This document shows, one piece after another, positions 42,355 through 63,100 of a stretch of 64,000 nt of DNA. The notes under the pieces are model-generated. The model had not been told where the DNA came from. It did no database searches and saw only the letters and a list, made by a program, of their open reading frames with translations. The stretch lies in the NCBI RefSeq assembly GCF_009914755.1, contig NC_060947.1; one strand, written 5' to 3'. A program made the translations under genes and the position numbers. Within the stretch, counting starts at the first letter, position 1. Every line of letters starts with the position of its first letter. Origin of the DNA: the human T2T-CHM13v2.0 reference genome, Homo sapiens.

Positions 42355-45300
42355 AGACAGAACAAGATGGCAGAATAGAAGGCTCGACTGATCATCCCCC
42401 TAAAAGGACACTAATTTAACAACTGGAGATTATGATTTAACAACTGGAGATCACCTGCTAGGCCCTAGCTCCCAGACATTTGTATACATGGCCTGTGCCA
42501 GAAGGGAACTGTTGCCTTGCAGAAAAGGACCTAGTGCTAGAAGCATCCATGACCTACTAACTGAAGAGCCCTTAGGCCGCGAATAGCTAGCAGCAATATC
42601 CAGGTACTACGCCAAGGGTCTTGGGTGAGCCTCTGAGACTTTCTGGCTTCAGGTGAGACTCAGCACATGACTAGCCGTGGGGACTACAAGGTGAAGCTCC
42701 TTCTGCTTGAGAAAAGCAGAGGAAAAAGTAAAGGGAAATTTGTCTAGCATCTTAGGTACCAGCATGGCCACAACTGGGTAGAGCACAAAGAGGGCCCTTG
42801 AGGTCTCTGATTCTAGGACTTGACTCTTCTATGAAATTTCTGGACTTTCCCTGAGCCAGAGGGGAGTGCACTTCCCTGAAAGTTGAGTCTCAGACCAGGC
42901 AGCATTCACCATAAACTGACTTAACAGCGCTTGGGTCCTAAGGGAATGTTGGCAGTAGTCTGGCAGTACTTCCATGGTCTGTGGTGTTGGGGGCTACAGG
43001 ATGAGAGGATGAGGCTCTTTTGCCTTTGGCAAGGGTAGGGAAAAGTGGGAAGGACTGCATCTTGTATTTCTTTTGCACTATTGCCACAGTACAATAGAAC
43101 AACAGGTAAATTTATTGACTAAAGTTATTGACTCTAGTCCCAGATTCCTGGATGGCACCTCTGGACCCACCTGGGGCCTGGAGAACCTCCCTGCCCTGAA
43201 GGGAAGGACCCCGGGTTGGCTTGTTTTGCCACCAGCTGATTGTAGAGCCCCAGGGCCTAGTGCGAACATAGACAGTAGCCAGGGAGTGGTTACAGCAGAC
43301 CTTGGGAGAGACCACATGTTGTGCTAGCTTCAGGTCTGACCCAATGAAGTCATAGTGATGGTGGCCACAGTAGTGTTTGTGTCACTACACTCCCAGATTT
43401 AGGTACTCAGAAAGAGAAAGACTGACCTCGTTTGTTTGGGAAAATGTAAGGGAAGATAATAAGTCTCTGTCTGGTAATTCAGAGAATTATCCCAGACATT
43501 GTCAAGACCATGAAGGCAGTACAACTCTGGATCTGCAAGAATCACAGCGTTATTGGTCTTGAGGTGTGCCCAAAGCAGATAGAGCTTAGATTACAACACC
43601 CAAGTCCTTTCAAATATCTGGAACTCCTTCCCAAAAAGGATTGACACAACTAAGAACAGACAGTGAAGACTGTAATAAATACCTAACTCTTCAATGTGCA
43701 GATACCAAAGAATATGTACTAGCATGAACACAATCCAGGAAAACATGAACTCACCAAATGAAGAAAATAAGACACAAGGGACTAATCCTGGAGAAACAGA
43801 GATATGTTACCTTTCAGACAGAGAATGGAAAGTAGCTATGTTGAGGAAAAAGAAATTCAAGCTCATACAGAGAAGAAATTCAGAATCCTATCAGATAAAT
43901 TTAACAAAGATACTGAAATAATTAAAACGAATCAAGCAGAAATTCCAGAGCTCAAAATGCAATTGATATACCAAAGAATGCATCAGAGATCTCTAACAAC
44001 AGAATGAATCAAGCAGAACAAAGAATTAGTGAGCTTGAAGACATGTTATTTAATAATACACAGTCAGAGGGACAAAAGGAAAAAAAAATAAGAAACAATG
44101 AAGCACAAACAGAGGATCTAGAAAATAGACTCAAAAGGGCAAATCTAAGAGTTATTGGCCTTAAAGACAGGGTAGATAAAGACATAGAGATATAAAGGTT
44201 ATTCAAAGGGATAATATCAGAATACTTCCTGAACCTAGAGAATGATATCAATATCCAAGTACAAAAGGTTTATAAATCATCAACTAGATATAACCCAAAG
44301 AAGACTACCTCAAGGCATTTACTAATCAAACTCCCAAACATAGATGATAAAGAAAATATCCTAAGAGCAGCAAGAGAAAAGAAACAAAAAACAACAATGA
44401 AGCTCCAATACATCTGGCAGCAGACTTTTCAGTGGAAACCTTACAGGCCAGGAGATAGTGGCATGACACATTTAAAGTGCTGAAGAAAAAAATCACTTTT
44501 GACCTAGCATAGCATATCCAGCGAAAATTCCCTCCAAACATAAAGAAATAAAGACATTCCCAGATGAACAAAATCTGAGGGTTTCATTAACGCGAGACCT
44601 GTTCTGTAAGAAATGTTAAAGGGAGTACTTCAATCAGAAAGAAAATAATGTAAATGAGCAATAAGTAATCACTTTAATCACTCACAGGTAATAGTAAGTA
44701 CACAGAAAAACACAGAATATTATAACACCATAACTGTGGAGTATAAACTACCCTTATCCTAAGTAGAAAGACTATATGATAAACCGATCAAAAATAATAA
44801 CTACAAAACCTTTTTAAGACATAGACAGTACAATAAAGTACAATTAGAAACAAAAAGTTAAAAAGCAAGAGAACAAACTTAAGGTGTAGAATATATATTA
44901 GTTTTCTTTTGTTTGTTTATGCAAATAGTGTTACATTGTTATAAGGTTAAAATAATGGGTTACAAGATAGTACTTGCAAGCCTCATGATAACCTCAAACA
45001 GAAAAGCATACAACAGATACACAAAAAATAAAAAGCAAGAAACTAAATCATCTTACCAGACAAAATCACTTTCTCTAGAGGAAGAAAGGAATGAAAGGAA
45101 GAAAGGAAGAGAAGACCACAAAACAAACAGAAAACAAATAACAATGGCAGGAGTAAGTCCTTACTTATTGATAATAACACTGAATGTAAATGGACTAAAC
45201 TCTCCAACAAAAACACATAGATGACTGAATGGATGAAAAATCAAGATGCATTTCATTAATCTGTTGTCTACAAGAAACACACTTCACCTATAAAGACACA

Positions 45301-48300
45301 TATAGACTGAAAATAAAGAGATGGAAAAAGATGTTTCATACCAATGGAAACCAAAAAAGATTAGGAGTTGCTATACTTATATCAGACAAAGTAGATTTCA
45401 AGAAAAAACTGTAAGAAGAAACAAAGAAGGTCACTATATAATAATAAAGGTGTCGATTTAGCAAGAGGATGTAACAATTATATATATAATCAAATTATAC
45501 ATATGATCAAATTTGATTTTATATATATAATCAAATTATATATATGATCAAATTTGATTTTATATATATATAATCAAACCTGGAACACCCATATAGATCT
45601 GAAATATTATTAGAGCTAAAGAGAGAGATAGGTCCCAATACAATAATAGCTAGAGACTTCAACACCCCACTTTCATCATTGGACAGGTCTTTCAGACAGC
45701 AAATCAACAAAGAAACATTAGACTTGATCTGCACTATACACCAAATGGGTCTAATAGATATTTACAGAACATTTCATCCAAGAGCTGAAGAATATATTCT
45801 TTTCCTCAGCACATGGATCATTTTCAAGGATAGACCATATGTGTAATCACAAAAGACACCTTAAAACATTCAAAAAAATGAAATAATATCAAGCATCATC
45901 TCTGACCACAAATGAATAAAACTAGAAATCAATAGCAAGAGGAATTTTGTAAATTATGCAAATACAAAGAAAATAAACAATATGCTTCTGAATAACCAGT
46001 GGGTAAATAAAGAAATTAAGAAGAAACTTTAAAATTTTTTTGAAACAAATAATAGAAACAAAACATACCAAAACCTATGGGATACAGAAAAGCAGTACTG
46101 AGAGTTTATGGCTATAATTGCCTATCTCAAAAAAGGGAAAAATCATCAAATACACAATCTAATAATGCATCTCAAAGAACTAGAAAAGCAAGAAAAATCC
46201 AGACTCCAAATTAGTAGAAGAAAATAAATAATAAAGATGAAACCAAAAATGAAATTGAAATGAAGAAAACAATACATCAATGAAACAAAGAGTTGTTTTT
46301 ATTTTTTGAAAACTTAAGCAACATTGACAAACCTTTAGCGACACTAACAAAAACAAAAAGAGAAGATACAAATAAATAAATCAGAAGTGAAAAAGAAGAC
46401 AGTACAACTCATACTGCAGAAATTCAAAAGATCACTAGTGGCTACAATGAACAACTATATGCCAATAAATTGAAAAATATAGCAGAAATGTACAAATTCT
46501 TACACACATACAACCTACAAAGATTGAACCACAAAGATATCCAAAACCCGAACAGACCAATAACAAGTAACGGGATCAAAGCTGTAATAAGAAAGCCTCC
46601 CAATAAAAAAAAAAACCAGGACCCAGTGGTTTCACTGCTCAATTTTGGCAAACATTTAATAAAGACCTAGTACCAATCCTACTTAAACTATTCCAATAAA
46701 TAGAGGAAGAGAAAATACTTCCAAACTCATTTTATGAAGTCAGTATTATGCTGATATCAAAACCAGATAAAGACACCTCAAAAAAAAAAAGAAAACTGTA
46801 AGTCAATATCTCTGATAAATATCGATGTAAACATCCTCAACAAAACACTAGCAAAGAGAATTCAACCAAATATTAGAAATATCGTTCATCCTGACCACGT
46901 GAGATTTATTTCTGGTATGCGAGCATGGTTCAACATATGAAAATCAGTCAATGTGATACATCACACCAACAGAATGAAAGGTAAAGACTTTATGATTATG
47001 CCAATTAATGCTAAAAAAGCACTTGATAAAATTCAACATTGCTTCATGATAAAACAACAGCCATCACAAAACCAGGGATAGAAGAAACATACCTCAACAT
47101 AATAAAAGGCATATATGACACTCAGTATCATATTGAACGGGAAGAAATGACAGCCCTTTCTCAGAGATATTGAAAACAACAAGGAGGCCCACTTTCACCA
47201 GTTATTCAATATACTACTGGAAGTTCTAGGAAGAGCAATGAGAAAAGAGAAAAAATAAAGGGCATGAATATAGGAAAGGAAGACGTCAAATTATCCTTCT
47301 TTGCAAATGATATGATCTTATATTTGGAAAAATTTAAAGACTACACACAAAACATTTAGAACCGATAAATTCAGTGAAGTTACAGGATACAAAATCAACA
47401 TACAAAAATCAGTGGCATTTCTATATGTCAACAGTGAACAATCTGAATAAGAAATTAAACAGGAATCCCATTTACAATAGCCACAATAAATACGTAGGAA
47501 TTAACCAAAGAAGTTAAAGATCTCCATAATGAAAACTACAAAACACTGATGAAAGAAATTGAAAAGGGCACCACAAAATGGAGAAGCATTCCATGTTCAT
47601 CGACGGAAATAATCAATAATGTTAAAATTTCCATAGTCACCAAAGCAATCTACAGATTCAGTACAATCACTATCTAAATACCAGGGACATTCTCCACAGA
47701 GAAAATAACTATCATAACATTTATACAGACCCACAAAGACCCAGAATAGCCAAAGCTATTCTAGGCAAAAATAACAAAACTGGAGGAATTACATCATCTG
47801 CCTTCAAATTATACTACAGAGCTATAGTAACCAAAACAGCATGATCTGGCATAAGAAATAGACATGTAGAGCAATGGAATAAAATAGATAACCCAGAAAC
47901 AAATCCAATCCACACACCTGCAGTAAACTCATTCCCATAAAGGTGCCAAAAACATACACTGGGGAAAAAGACAGTTTCTTCAATAAATGGTGCTGGGAAA
48001 ACTGGATATTCATATGCAGAAGAATAAAACTAGACTCCTATCTTTTGCCATATACAAAAATCAAAACAAAATGGCCTTAAACATTTAGTCTATAACCTCA
48101 GACTATTAAACTACTACAGGAAAACACTGGAAACAACCTTTAGGACATTGGGCTGGGCAAAAATTTCTTGCATAAAACCACACGAGCACAGACAATCAAA
48201 GCAAAAAAATGAACAACTGGGATCATGTCAAGCTAAAAATCTTCTGCACGACAAAGAAAACAACAAAATGAAAAGACAACCCATAGAAGGAGCAAATATT

Positions 48301-49377
48301 TGCAAATTGCCCATCTGACAAGGGATTAATAACCAGAACATATAAGGAGCTCAAGCAACTTTATAGAAAAAAATCTAATAATCCAATTAAAAATGGGCAA
48401 AAGATTTGAATAGATATTTTTCAGAAGACATACAAATGGCAAACAGACATATGAAAAGGTGCTCAACATCACTGATCCTCAGAGAAATGCAAATCAAAAC
48501 TACAATGAGGCATTATCTTACCTCAGCTAAAGTGGCTTGTATCCAAAAGATAGGTAATAACAAATTCTGGCGAGGATGTGGAAAAAGGGGAACCATTGCA
48601 CACTGTTGGTGGAAATGTAAATTAGTACAAACACTATGGAGAACAGTTTGGAGGACTGTTAGAAAACTAAAAATATAAGTACCATATGATCCAGCAATCC
48701 CACTGCTGGGAATATACTCAAAAGAAGGGAAATCAGTATATCTAAAAGATATCTGCACTCCCATGTTTGTTTCAGCAGTTTACAATAGCCAAAATTTGGA
48801 AGCAACCTAAGTGTCCATCAACAGATGAATGGATAAAGAAAATATAGTACGTACACACAATGAAGTACTAGTCAGCTATAAAAAGTATAAGATTCAGTCA
48901 TTTGCAAGAACATGAATAGAACTGGAGTTCATTATGTCAAGTGAAATAAGCCAGACACAGAAAGACAAATATCACATGTTCTCAGTTATTTGTGGGATCT
49001 AAAAACCAAAACAATTGAACTCATGGACCTAGAGAGTAGAAGGATGGTTACCAGAGGCTGGGAAGTGTAGTGGAGGGCATAAGGGGAGGTAAGGATAGTT
49101 AATGGCTACAAAAAGAGTCAGAAATAATGAACAAGACATACTACTTGATAGCACAACAGGATGACTGTAGTCCATAATATATTAATTGTATTTTTTAAAA
49201 TAACTAAAAGAGTGTAATTGGACTGTTTGTAATAGAAAGGATAAATGCTCGAGGAGATGGGATATCCCATTCTCCATGATGTGCTTATTTCACGTTGCAT
49301 GCCTGTATCAAAACATCTCATGCGCCGCATAATATATATACCTACTATGTACCCTCAAAAATTAAATATAAAAAAAA
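42355..49377 (+). mobile_element. Near full-length L1MA2-like element (~7 kb; 5'UTR, ORF1, ORF2, 3'UTR all decayed)
   Basis: 5' caagatggcagaatagaagg. ORF1 remnants (43694-44660). EN start ITLNVNGLNSP and CCLQETH (45143-45414). L1MA 3' end ggttaccagaggctgggaag...ggataaatgctcgagg...aaaaattaaa. Confidence 0.9.
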
Positions 49378-49949
49378 TTCTTGAGTTTTAAAAATGAAAT
49401 TAATTTGTGATCATTGTGAAAACTTGAACAATATATAAAATTAACGTGTAGTATATATAAAATAAAAAGGTAGCATTCTTCTTAATCCTGGCCTTCCTAA
49501 TCTACCTTTATAATAATGCCACCACCAATACGGGGTGAAAAACTTTTGGGAAGGCAGACACACCCTAGCAAATGTTTAGAATCAACAAGAATATTTAAGA
49601 ATGATTACTCTCTCTCACCCAAAGAGAGAAAAGACTATTCCTAGGTAATTTTGTAATACTTCACATAAATTTTGAAATGTTATTTCATAATTGGTAATTG
49701 AAATAGAAACTAGAAAAATATTTACCTAGTACAGAACTTTATAAACAATTTCCAAAATAATGTGTAGTATGTATAGTTTATTCTGTAAGTAAAACTGAAA
49801 AAACTAAGCTTAAGTATATTGTCATTTTATATTAATGCGCATTTCATGGAATTTCCACGGTTATATTCAGTAATAAGTACTAAAAATGTTAAAAGTCATC
49901 AAGATCATATGTCTGGCTACATTTACTTGTAGTTGCTGTCATTTCTGTT

Positions 49950-56551
<6,602 letters not shown>

Positions 56552-57184
56552 ATCATTGTTTTGTTAATATTACATTCAGTCTCTAGATTTAACCACACTC
56601 TCTAATGACATGTGCCTCTAGTTTTAAAGTATACAGTTTTAAAAGTTGTAAAATAATCTGTTATTAATAGGTGTAATAACTAAATTTATTTTTACTAGTA
56701 AATTTTTAAGAGTGAATTTCTGTTTTCAATATTGTAGCTTACTGTGATATAGCCTCTGTTGTACTTAACCAGTTATAGTATAAATATTTTATCACGTTCT
56801 GAAAATTTGCTTAGCTTTTAGCTAGAAGCTTCTAGAGGGTGGGCAGGGATTGGAACAATTAACTTACCTTTGTATTACCCCTAGAATGGATTTAAGAGCA
56901 CGATTATAACACAAGCGGCTCATAGAATAGCTCCAGCAATTCACTAGTCCAGACTAGACAATTTCATAATTATCCAAGATAAATGAGTATTAATATTCAG
57001 CTGTCATTATTCAGCTTACCAAAGAAGAATATATGCAAGCTGTCAAAAGATTTTAAGGTGTGACAGCTTTTGCAAACTCATGCCCTTAAATTGTTAGCAA
57101 AAAAACAAAGTAAGTGAAAATGATTACTTACACATTCTGTGGTACAGTAAACTTGCTTAAAAAGCACATTTAAACAAATGTGTA

Positions 57185-60100
57185 TCTTTTCTTATTGGGA
57201 CATAATATTTTGCATACTTATGGGGTACATGTATTTGTTGCATGCGTAGAATGTGTAATGATCAAGTCAGGGAATTTGGGATATCCAGCATCTGGAGTAT
57301 TTATCGCTTCTCTGTGTTAGGAACATTTCAAGCCCCACCTTCCAGCCTCTGAAATATACAATACATTGTTGCTAACTATAGTCATCCCACTTTCCTATCA
57401 AACATTGGAAATTATTTCTTGTATGTAACTGTATATTTGTATCCATTAATAAACCTTTTTTAATCACCCCTCCCATCCACACTATTCCCAGCCTCTGGCA
57501 TCTGTCATTCTATTCTGTGAGATAAACGTTTTTAGCTGTCACATATGAATGAGAATGTGATTTTGTATTTTTGTGCCTGGCTTATCTCATTTAACATAAT
57601 GGTCCCCATTTCCATCCACGTTGCTGCAAATGAAATGATTTCATTCTTTTTTATGATTGAATAACATACCATTGTGTATATATACCACATTTTTTATCCA
57701 CTTCTCCATTGACTGACACTTTGGTTAATTCCATATGTTTGCTATTGTGAATACTGCTGTGATAAACATGGTAGTGCAGGCATTCCTATATTTGATATAG
57801 TGATTTCTCTTGGATAAATATTCAGTATTAGGATTGCTGGATTATGTGGGAGTGCTGCTATTAGTTTTTTTTTGACAAATTTCCATACTGTTTTCCATAG
57901 TGGCTCTACGGCATTATATTCTCACCAAAAGTATATGAGTTCCTATTTCTCTGCATCCTCACTAACATTTGTTATTTTTTGTCTTTTGGATAAAAGCCAT
58001 TTCAACTGGGGTGTGATATCTCATCATGGTTTTGTTTTGCATTTCTTTGTTAGTTAGGAATGTTGAGCATTTTTTCATATACCTGTCAGTCATATTTATG
58101 TCTTTTTTGAGAAATGCCTAGATTATTTGCCCAATTTTTAATAGGATTGTTTTTTAGCTATTGAGTTATTAGAGTCCCTTGTATATTCTGGATATTAGTC
58201 CCTTATCAAATGAATAGTTTGCAAATATTTTCTTCCATTCAACAGGTTGTGACTTCATTCTCTTGATTGCTTCCTTTGTTGTACAGAAGTTTTTAGTTTA
58301 GTATAATTTCACTTGTCTATTTGTGTTTTGTTGTCTGTGCCTTTGAGTTCTTAAGCATAAAATCTTTGCCTAGACTAAGGTCATGAAGATTTTTCTCTAG
58401 GTTTCCTTCCAGTAGTATTATAGATTTGAATCTCACATTTAAGCCTTTGTATATGGTGAGAAATAAGGGTTCACTTTCATTCTTTTGCATACGAATATTT
58501 GATTTTCCAAGCACCATTTATTAAAGAGACTATCATTTCCCAAATGTATGTACTTAGCACCTATATTGAAAATCAGTTGACTTTAAATATGCATATTGAT
58601 CTCTGGGTCCTCTTTTATGTCCCATTGTCCTATGCGCCTGTTTCTATATCAATACCATACTCTTTGGTCACTACAGCCTTGTAATATATTTTGAAGTTAG
58701 GTAGTGCGGTACCTCCAGCTTGGTTCTTTTTTCCCAGGATTGCTTTCGCTATTTGGGCTCCCCATTTGTTCCATGCAAATTTTAGGATTCATTTTTTCTA
58801 ATTATGTGAAAAATGACTCTGGTATCGTGGTAGGGATTGCATTGAATTTGTTGATTGCTTTGGGCAGTATAATAATTTTAATGATCTAAATGATTTCAAT
58901 ATGTGTGCATGGGGTGTCTTTTCATTTTTTGTGTCCTCTTCAATTTATTTTATTATTATTTTGTAGTTTTCCTTGTAGAGCTTTTTCACCTCCTTGCTTA
59001 CATTTATTCCTAGGTATTTTACTTTTTTAGCTATGGTAAATTGGATTGCCCTCTTTATTTTTTTCTTGGCTACTTTATTATTAGTGAATAGAAATTCTAC
59101 TGACTTTCGTATCCTGATTTTTGTAGCTACTGATTTTTTTATCACTAATTTTGTATCTATGGATTTTTATATACTGATTTTTTTTTTGTCTACTGATTTT
59201 GTGTCCTGAAACTTTACTGAATTTATTTTTCAGATCAAAGAAGTTTTTGATTGAGTCCATAGGCTTTCTAGATATAAGATCATATAATCTGTAAACAGGG
59301 ATAGTTGGACTTCTTGTTTCCCAATTTGGTTGCTGTTTATTTATTTCTCTTGCCTGATTGTTCTTGCTAAGACTTCCAGTACTATGTTGAATTACAATAT
59401 AAATATTTTATAACATTCTAAAACTTTGCTTAGCAAATGTGGCATCCTTGTATTGTTCCAGTTCTTAAAGAATTTCAGCTTTTCCCCATTCAGTATGATG
59501 TTACCTGTGGATTTGTCATATATGTCCTTTATTATGTTGAGGTGCGTTCTTTCTGTGCCTAGTTTGTTGAGAGCTTTGGCATAAAGGGATGTTGAAGTTT
59601 ATCAAATTCATTTTCTGCACTTATTGAGATGATCATATGGCTTTTGTTCTTCATTCTGTTGATGTGGTGTGTTAACATCACGTTTATTCATTTTCATGTG
59701 TTGAACCATCCTTGCATCACTTAGTTAAATCCCACTTGATCATGGTGTATTATTTTCTGGATGTGTTGTTGAATATACTTTGCTAGTATTTTGTTGAGGA
59801 TTTTTGTTTCTATGTTCATCAGACAAATTGGTGTGTCGTTTTTTCTTTTTTATTGTTATTTTCTTGTTTTGGTATCATAGTAATGCTGGCATTATAAAAT
59901 GAGTTAAAGAGAATTCATTCTTCTTCAATTTCTTGGCATATTTTGAGAGGAATTGGTTTCTTTCTTGAAAGTTTGGTAGAATTCTGTATTGAAGTCATCC
60001 AATTGTGGTCTTTTCTTTATTGGGAGACTCTTGATTACTGCTTTGATCTCATTACTTGTTATTGGTCTGCTCAGGTTTTCCATTTTTTTCTAATTTGATC

Positions 60101-63100
60101 TTGCTAAGTTGTATGTGTCCAGGATTTTTTGCATTTCATCTGGGTTTTCCAGTTTGTTAGTGTACAGTTACTCCTGATAGTCTCTGATAATCTAGTATTC
60201 CTGTGGTATTCACTGTGATATCTCACTTTTTATCTCTGATTTTGTTTATTTGGTTCTTCTTTGTTTTTTAATTCAGCAAATGGTTGATCAATTTTGTTCA
60301 TCTTTTCAAAAAACCAACCCTTTGTTTTGTTGATCTTTTGTATTTTTTTAGTCCCTATTTCATTGAATTGTACTCTTATCTTTATTCCCTTTTCCTAATT
60401 TTGATTTTGATTTTTTTCTTGCTTTTCCCTGAGATGCATGATTGGATTATTTATTTGAAATACTTCTGCCTTTTTGATGAAAGTGCTTATTGCTATAAAC
60501 TTCCCTCTTAGCACTGCATTTTCCTATATGCCATATGTTTAAGTATGAGGTATTCTCATTTTCATTTGGCTCAAGAAATTTTTGAATTTCCTCCTTAATT
60601 TCTTTATTGATCCAATAGTCCAAATTCAAGAATATGTTGTTTAATTTCTATGTATTTGTACAGTTTCCAAATTTCTTTTTGTTATGAATGTCTAGGTTTG
60701 TTCCACTGTAGTCATAGAAGACTTGATACGACTTTGACTTTTAAAAATTTCTTGAGACTTGTTTTTTGTCTTATCATATGTTGTATCCTGGAGAAAGTTT
60801 TATGTTTCGATAAGAAGAATGTGTGTTCTGTAGTTCTTGGATGAAATTTTTATAAATGTATGTTAGGTCCGCTTGGTCTAAAATGCAGTTTCAGTCCAAT
60901 GTTTCTTTGCTAATTTTCTTATAGATGATTGGTTTAATGCTGAGAGTGGTGTGTTGAAGTCCCCAGTTATTATTGTATTGGAGTCTATCTCTCCATTTAA
61001 GTGTAATACAATTTGCCTCATATATCTAGGTGCTCCAGTGCTTGATGCACATATGTTTAGAATTATTACATTCTCTTGCTGAGTTGATCCCTTCATCATA
61101 ATGCAATGACCTTCTTTGTCTCTTTTCACTGTTTTTTTTTATTTAACATCTGTTTTATCTGATGTAAGTATAGCTACCTCTGCTTGCTTTTGGTTTCTAT
61201 TTGCATGAAATATCTTTTTCCAACCCTTTATTTTCAGCCTATATGTGTCTTTACAAGTGAGAATAGTTTTGTGTAGGCAGCATATAACTGGGTCACTTTT
61301 TTTATTCAGCATGTCTACATCTTTTAAGTGGATAGATAAATCCATTTACAATTAAGGTTATTATTGCTATATCAGAGTTTATTCTTGTCATCCTATGAAT
61401 TGATTTCTGGTTGTTTTGCATATAAATTGTTGTTTTCTCTCATATCATCGTTGTGGCTTGGTGGTTTTCTGTAGTGGTAAGAGTTGAGTCTTTTTTCTTT
61501 TTTGTTTGTGTGTTTGCTCTCCTAGTGGTTTTATATGTTTGTATGTATTCATGATGATTGATATCATTCTTTTGTGTGTTGCTGTTGTACTTCCTTAAGT
61601 ATTTCTTGGTCTGGTCTAGTTGTGATAAATTCTATCAGCTTTTATTTGTCTGGAAAATACTTTACTTTTCCTACATTTATGAAGAATAACATCATTGAGA
61701 GTAGTATCCTTTATTGGCAAGTTTTTTTTTTTCCCCAATACTTTAATTATATCATCCCATTCTCTCACGGCCTGTATGGTTTCTGCTGAAAATTTTGCTA
61801 TTAGTGAAATGCGGGTTCATTTATAGGTGTCTAGATGCTTTTTCCTTAATGTTTTTAGAATTCTCTCTCTTTCTTTGACTTTAGAAAGTTTCGCTAAATT
61901 GTGCCATGGAAAAGACCTTTATGCATTGTGAGTGCTTAAGGCTTCCTGAGCTTCCTGTATTTGGATACCTAAATCTTTTGCTAGACTTGGAAAGGTTTCA
62001 CCTATTATTTCATCACCTATGTTTTCTAACCCATTCATTTTTTCTTTACCTCCTGGGACTCCACAAATTTGAATATTTGGTCCCTTTATGGTGTTCCATA
62101 TGTAATGTAGGCTTTGTTCATCTTTTTTAATTCTCTTTATTTTTGTCTGACTGGGTTATTTCAAAAGATCTGTCTTCAAGTTCTGAAATTCTTTATTCTA
62201 CTTGATTTAATCAATTATTAAAACTTTCCAATATATTTTGAACTTCATTCAATGAATTATTTAGTCCCAGAATTTTTTTAATGATGTCTATCTCTGGCAA
62301 ATTTCTCATTCATATCCTGAATTTTCTGATTCCTGTATATTGGTTTTCGGTATTCTTTTGTATCTCCCTGAGTTTTCAAAAATCATTATTACAAATTATT
62401 TTCCAAGATTTTGTACATTTATTTTTGATTTGGATCTATTTCTGAAGAATTATTGTGCTCCTTTATAGGTGTCATATTTCTTTGCATTTTCACGTTCTCT
62501 ATGTTGTTATGTTGATATCTGCACATGTAGTGTAACAATTGCTTCTAATTTTTTTGAATTTGTTTTCATAGGGGAAGACATTTTCCTGAAGATACATCTA
62601 TGGTGTTGGTTGGGTAGGCCACTTTGGTTTTGATTCTGGGTGCATGCAGTAGAATACTCGCTGTATGATTTCTTTTTCTGTAAATAGCATTATTGGTATC
62701 TATGATATCCTTGATGTTTTAGTGTGCAGTTATTACTGGAGGCTGTAGTGAAGTTCTGCCTGAGACTGGACCCCAGTGGTGGCATTGGTAGTCTGAGTCT
62801 GCCTATCCTTGGGCCCTAAGGCAGAGTATTATGGCACCTGTGTTAGTGGATCTATGGGAGCTGATTCTTGGGCCTCTACATTGTTTGCTTGGATTTCAGT
62901 TGTGGCTGTGGTGGCCAGATGGGTGGGAAAGTTCTCAGGCTATACAGCAGATGTGGCATGGGCAATTGCAGTAGCATTGGTGGTATATCTCTCTGGGTTT
63001 TGAGCAGTAAATGCTAGTGTTGTTGGCATCCCCAATGGGTTGGGAAGGCCAGTCTCCAGGTCCTCAGGTAGTGTGTGCCTGTAAGTGTCAGCTGTGGCAG

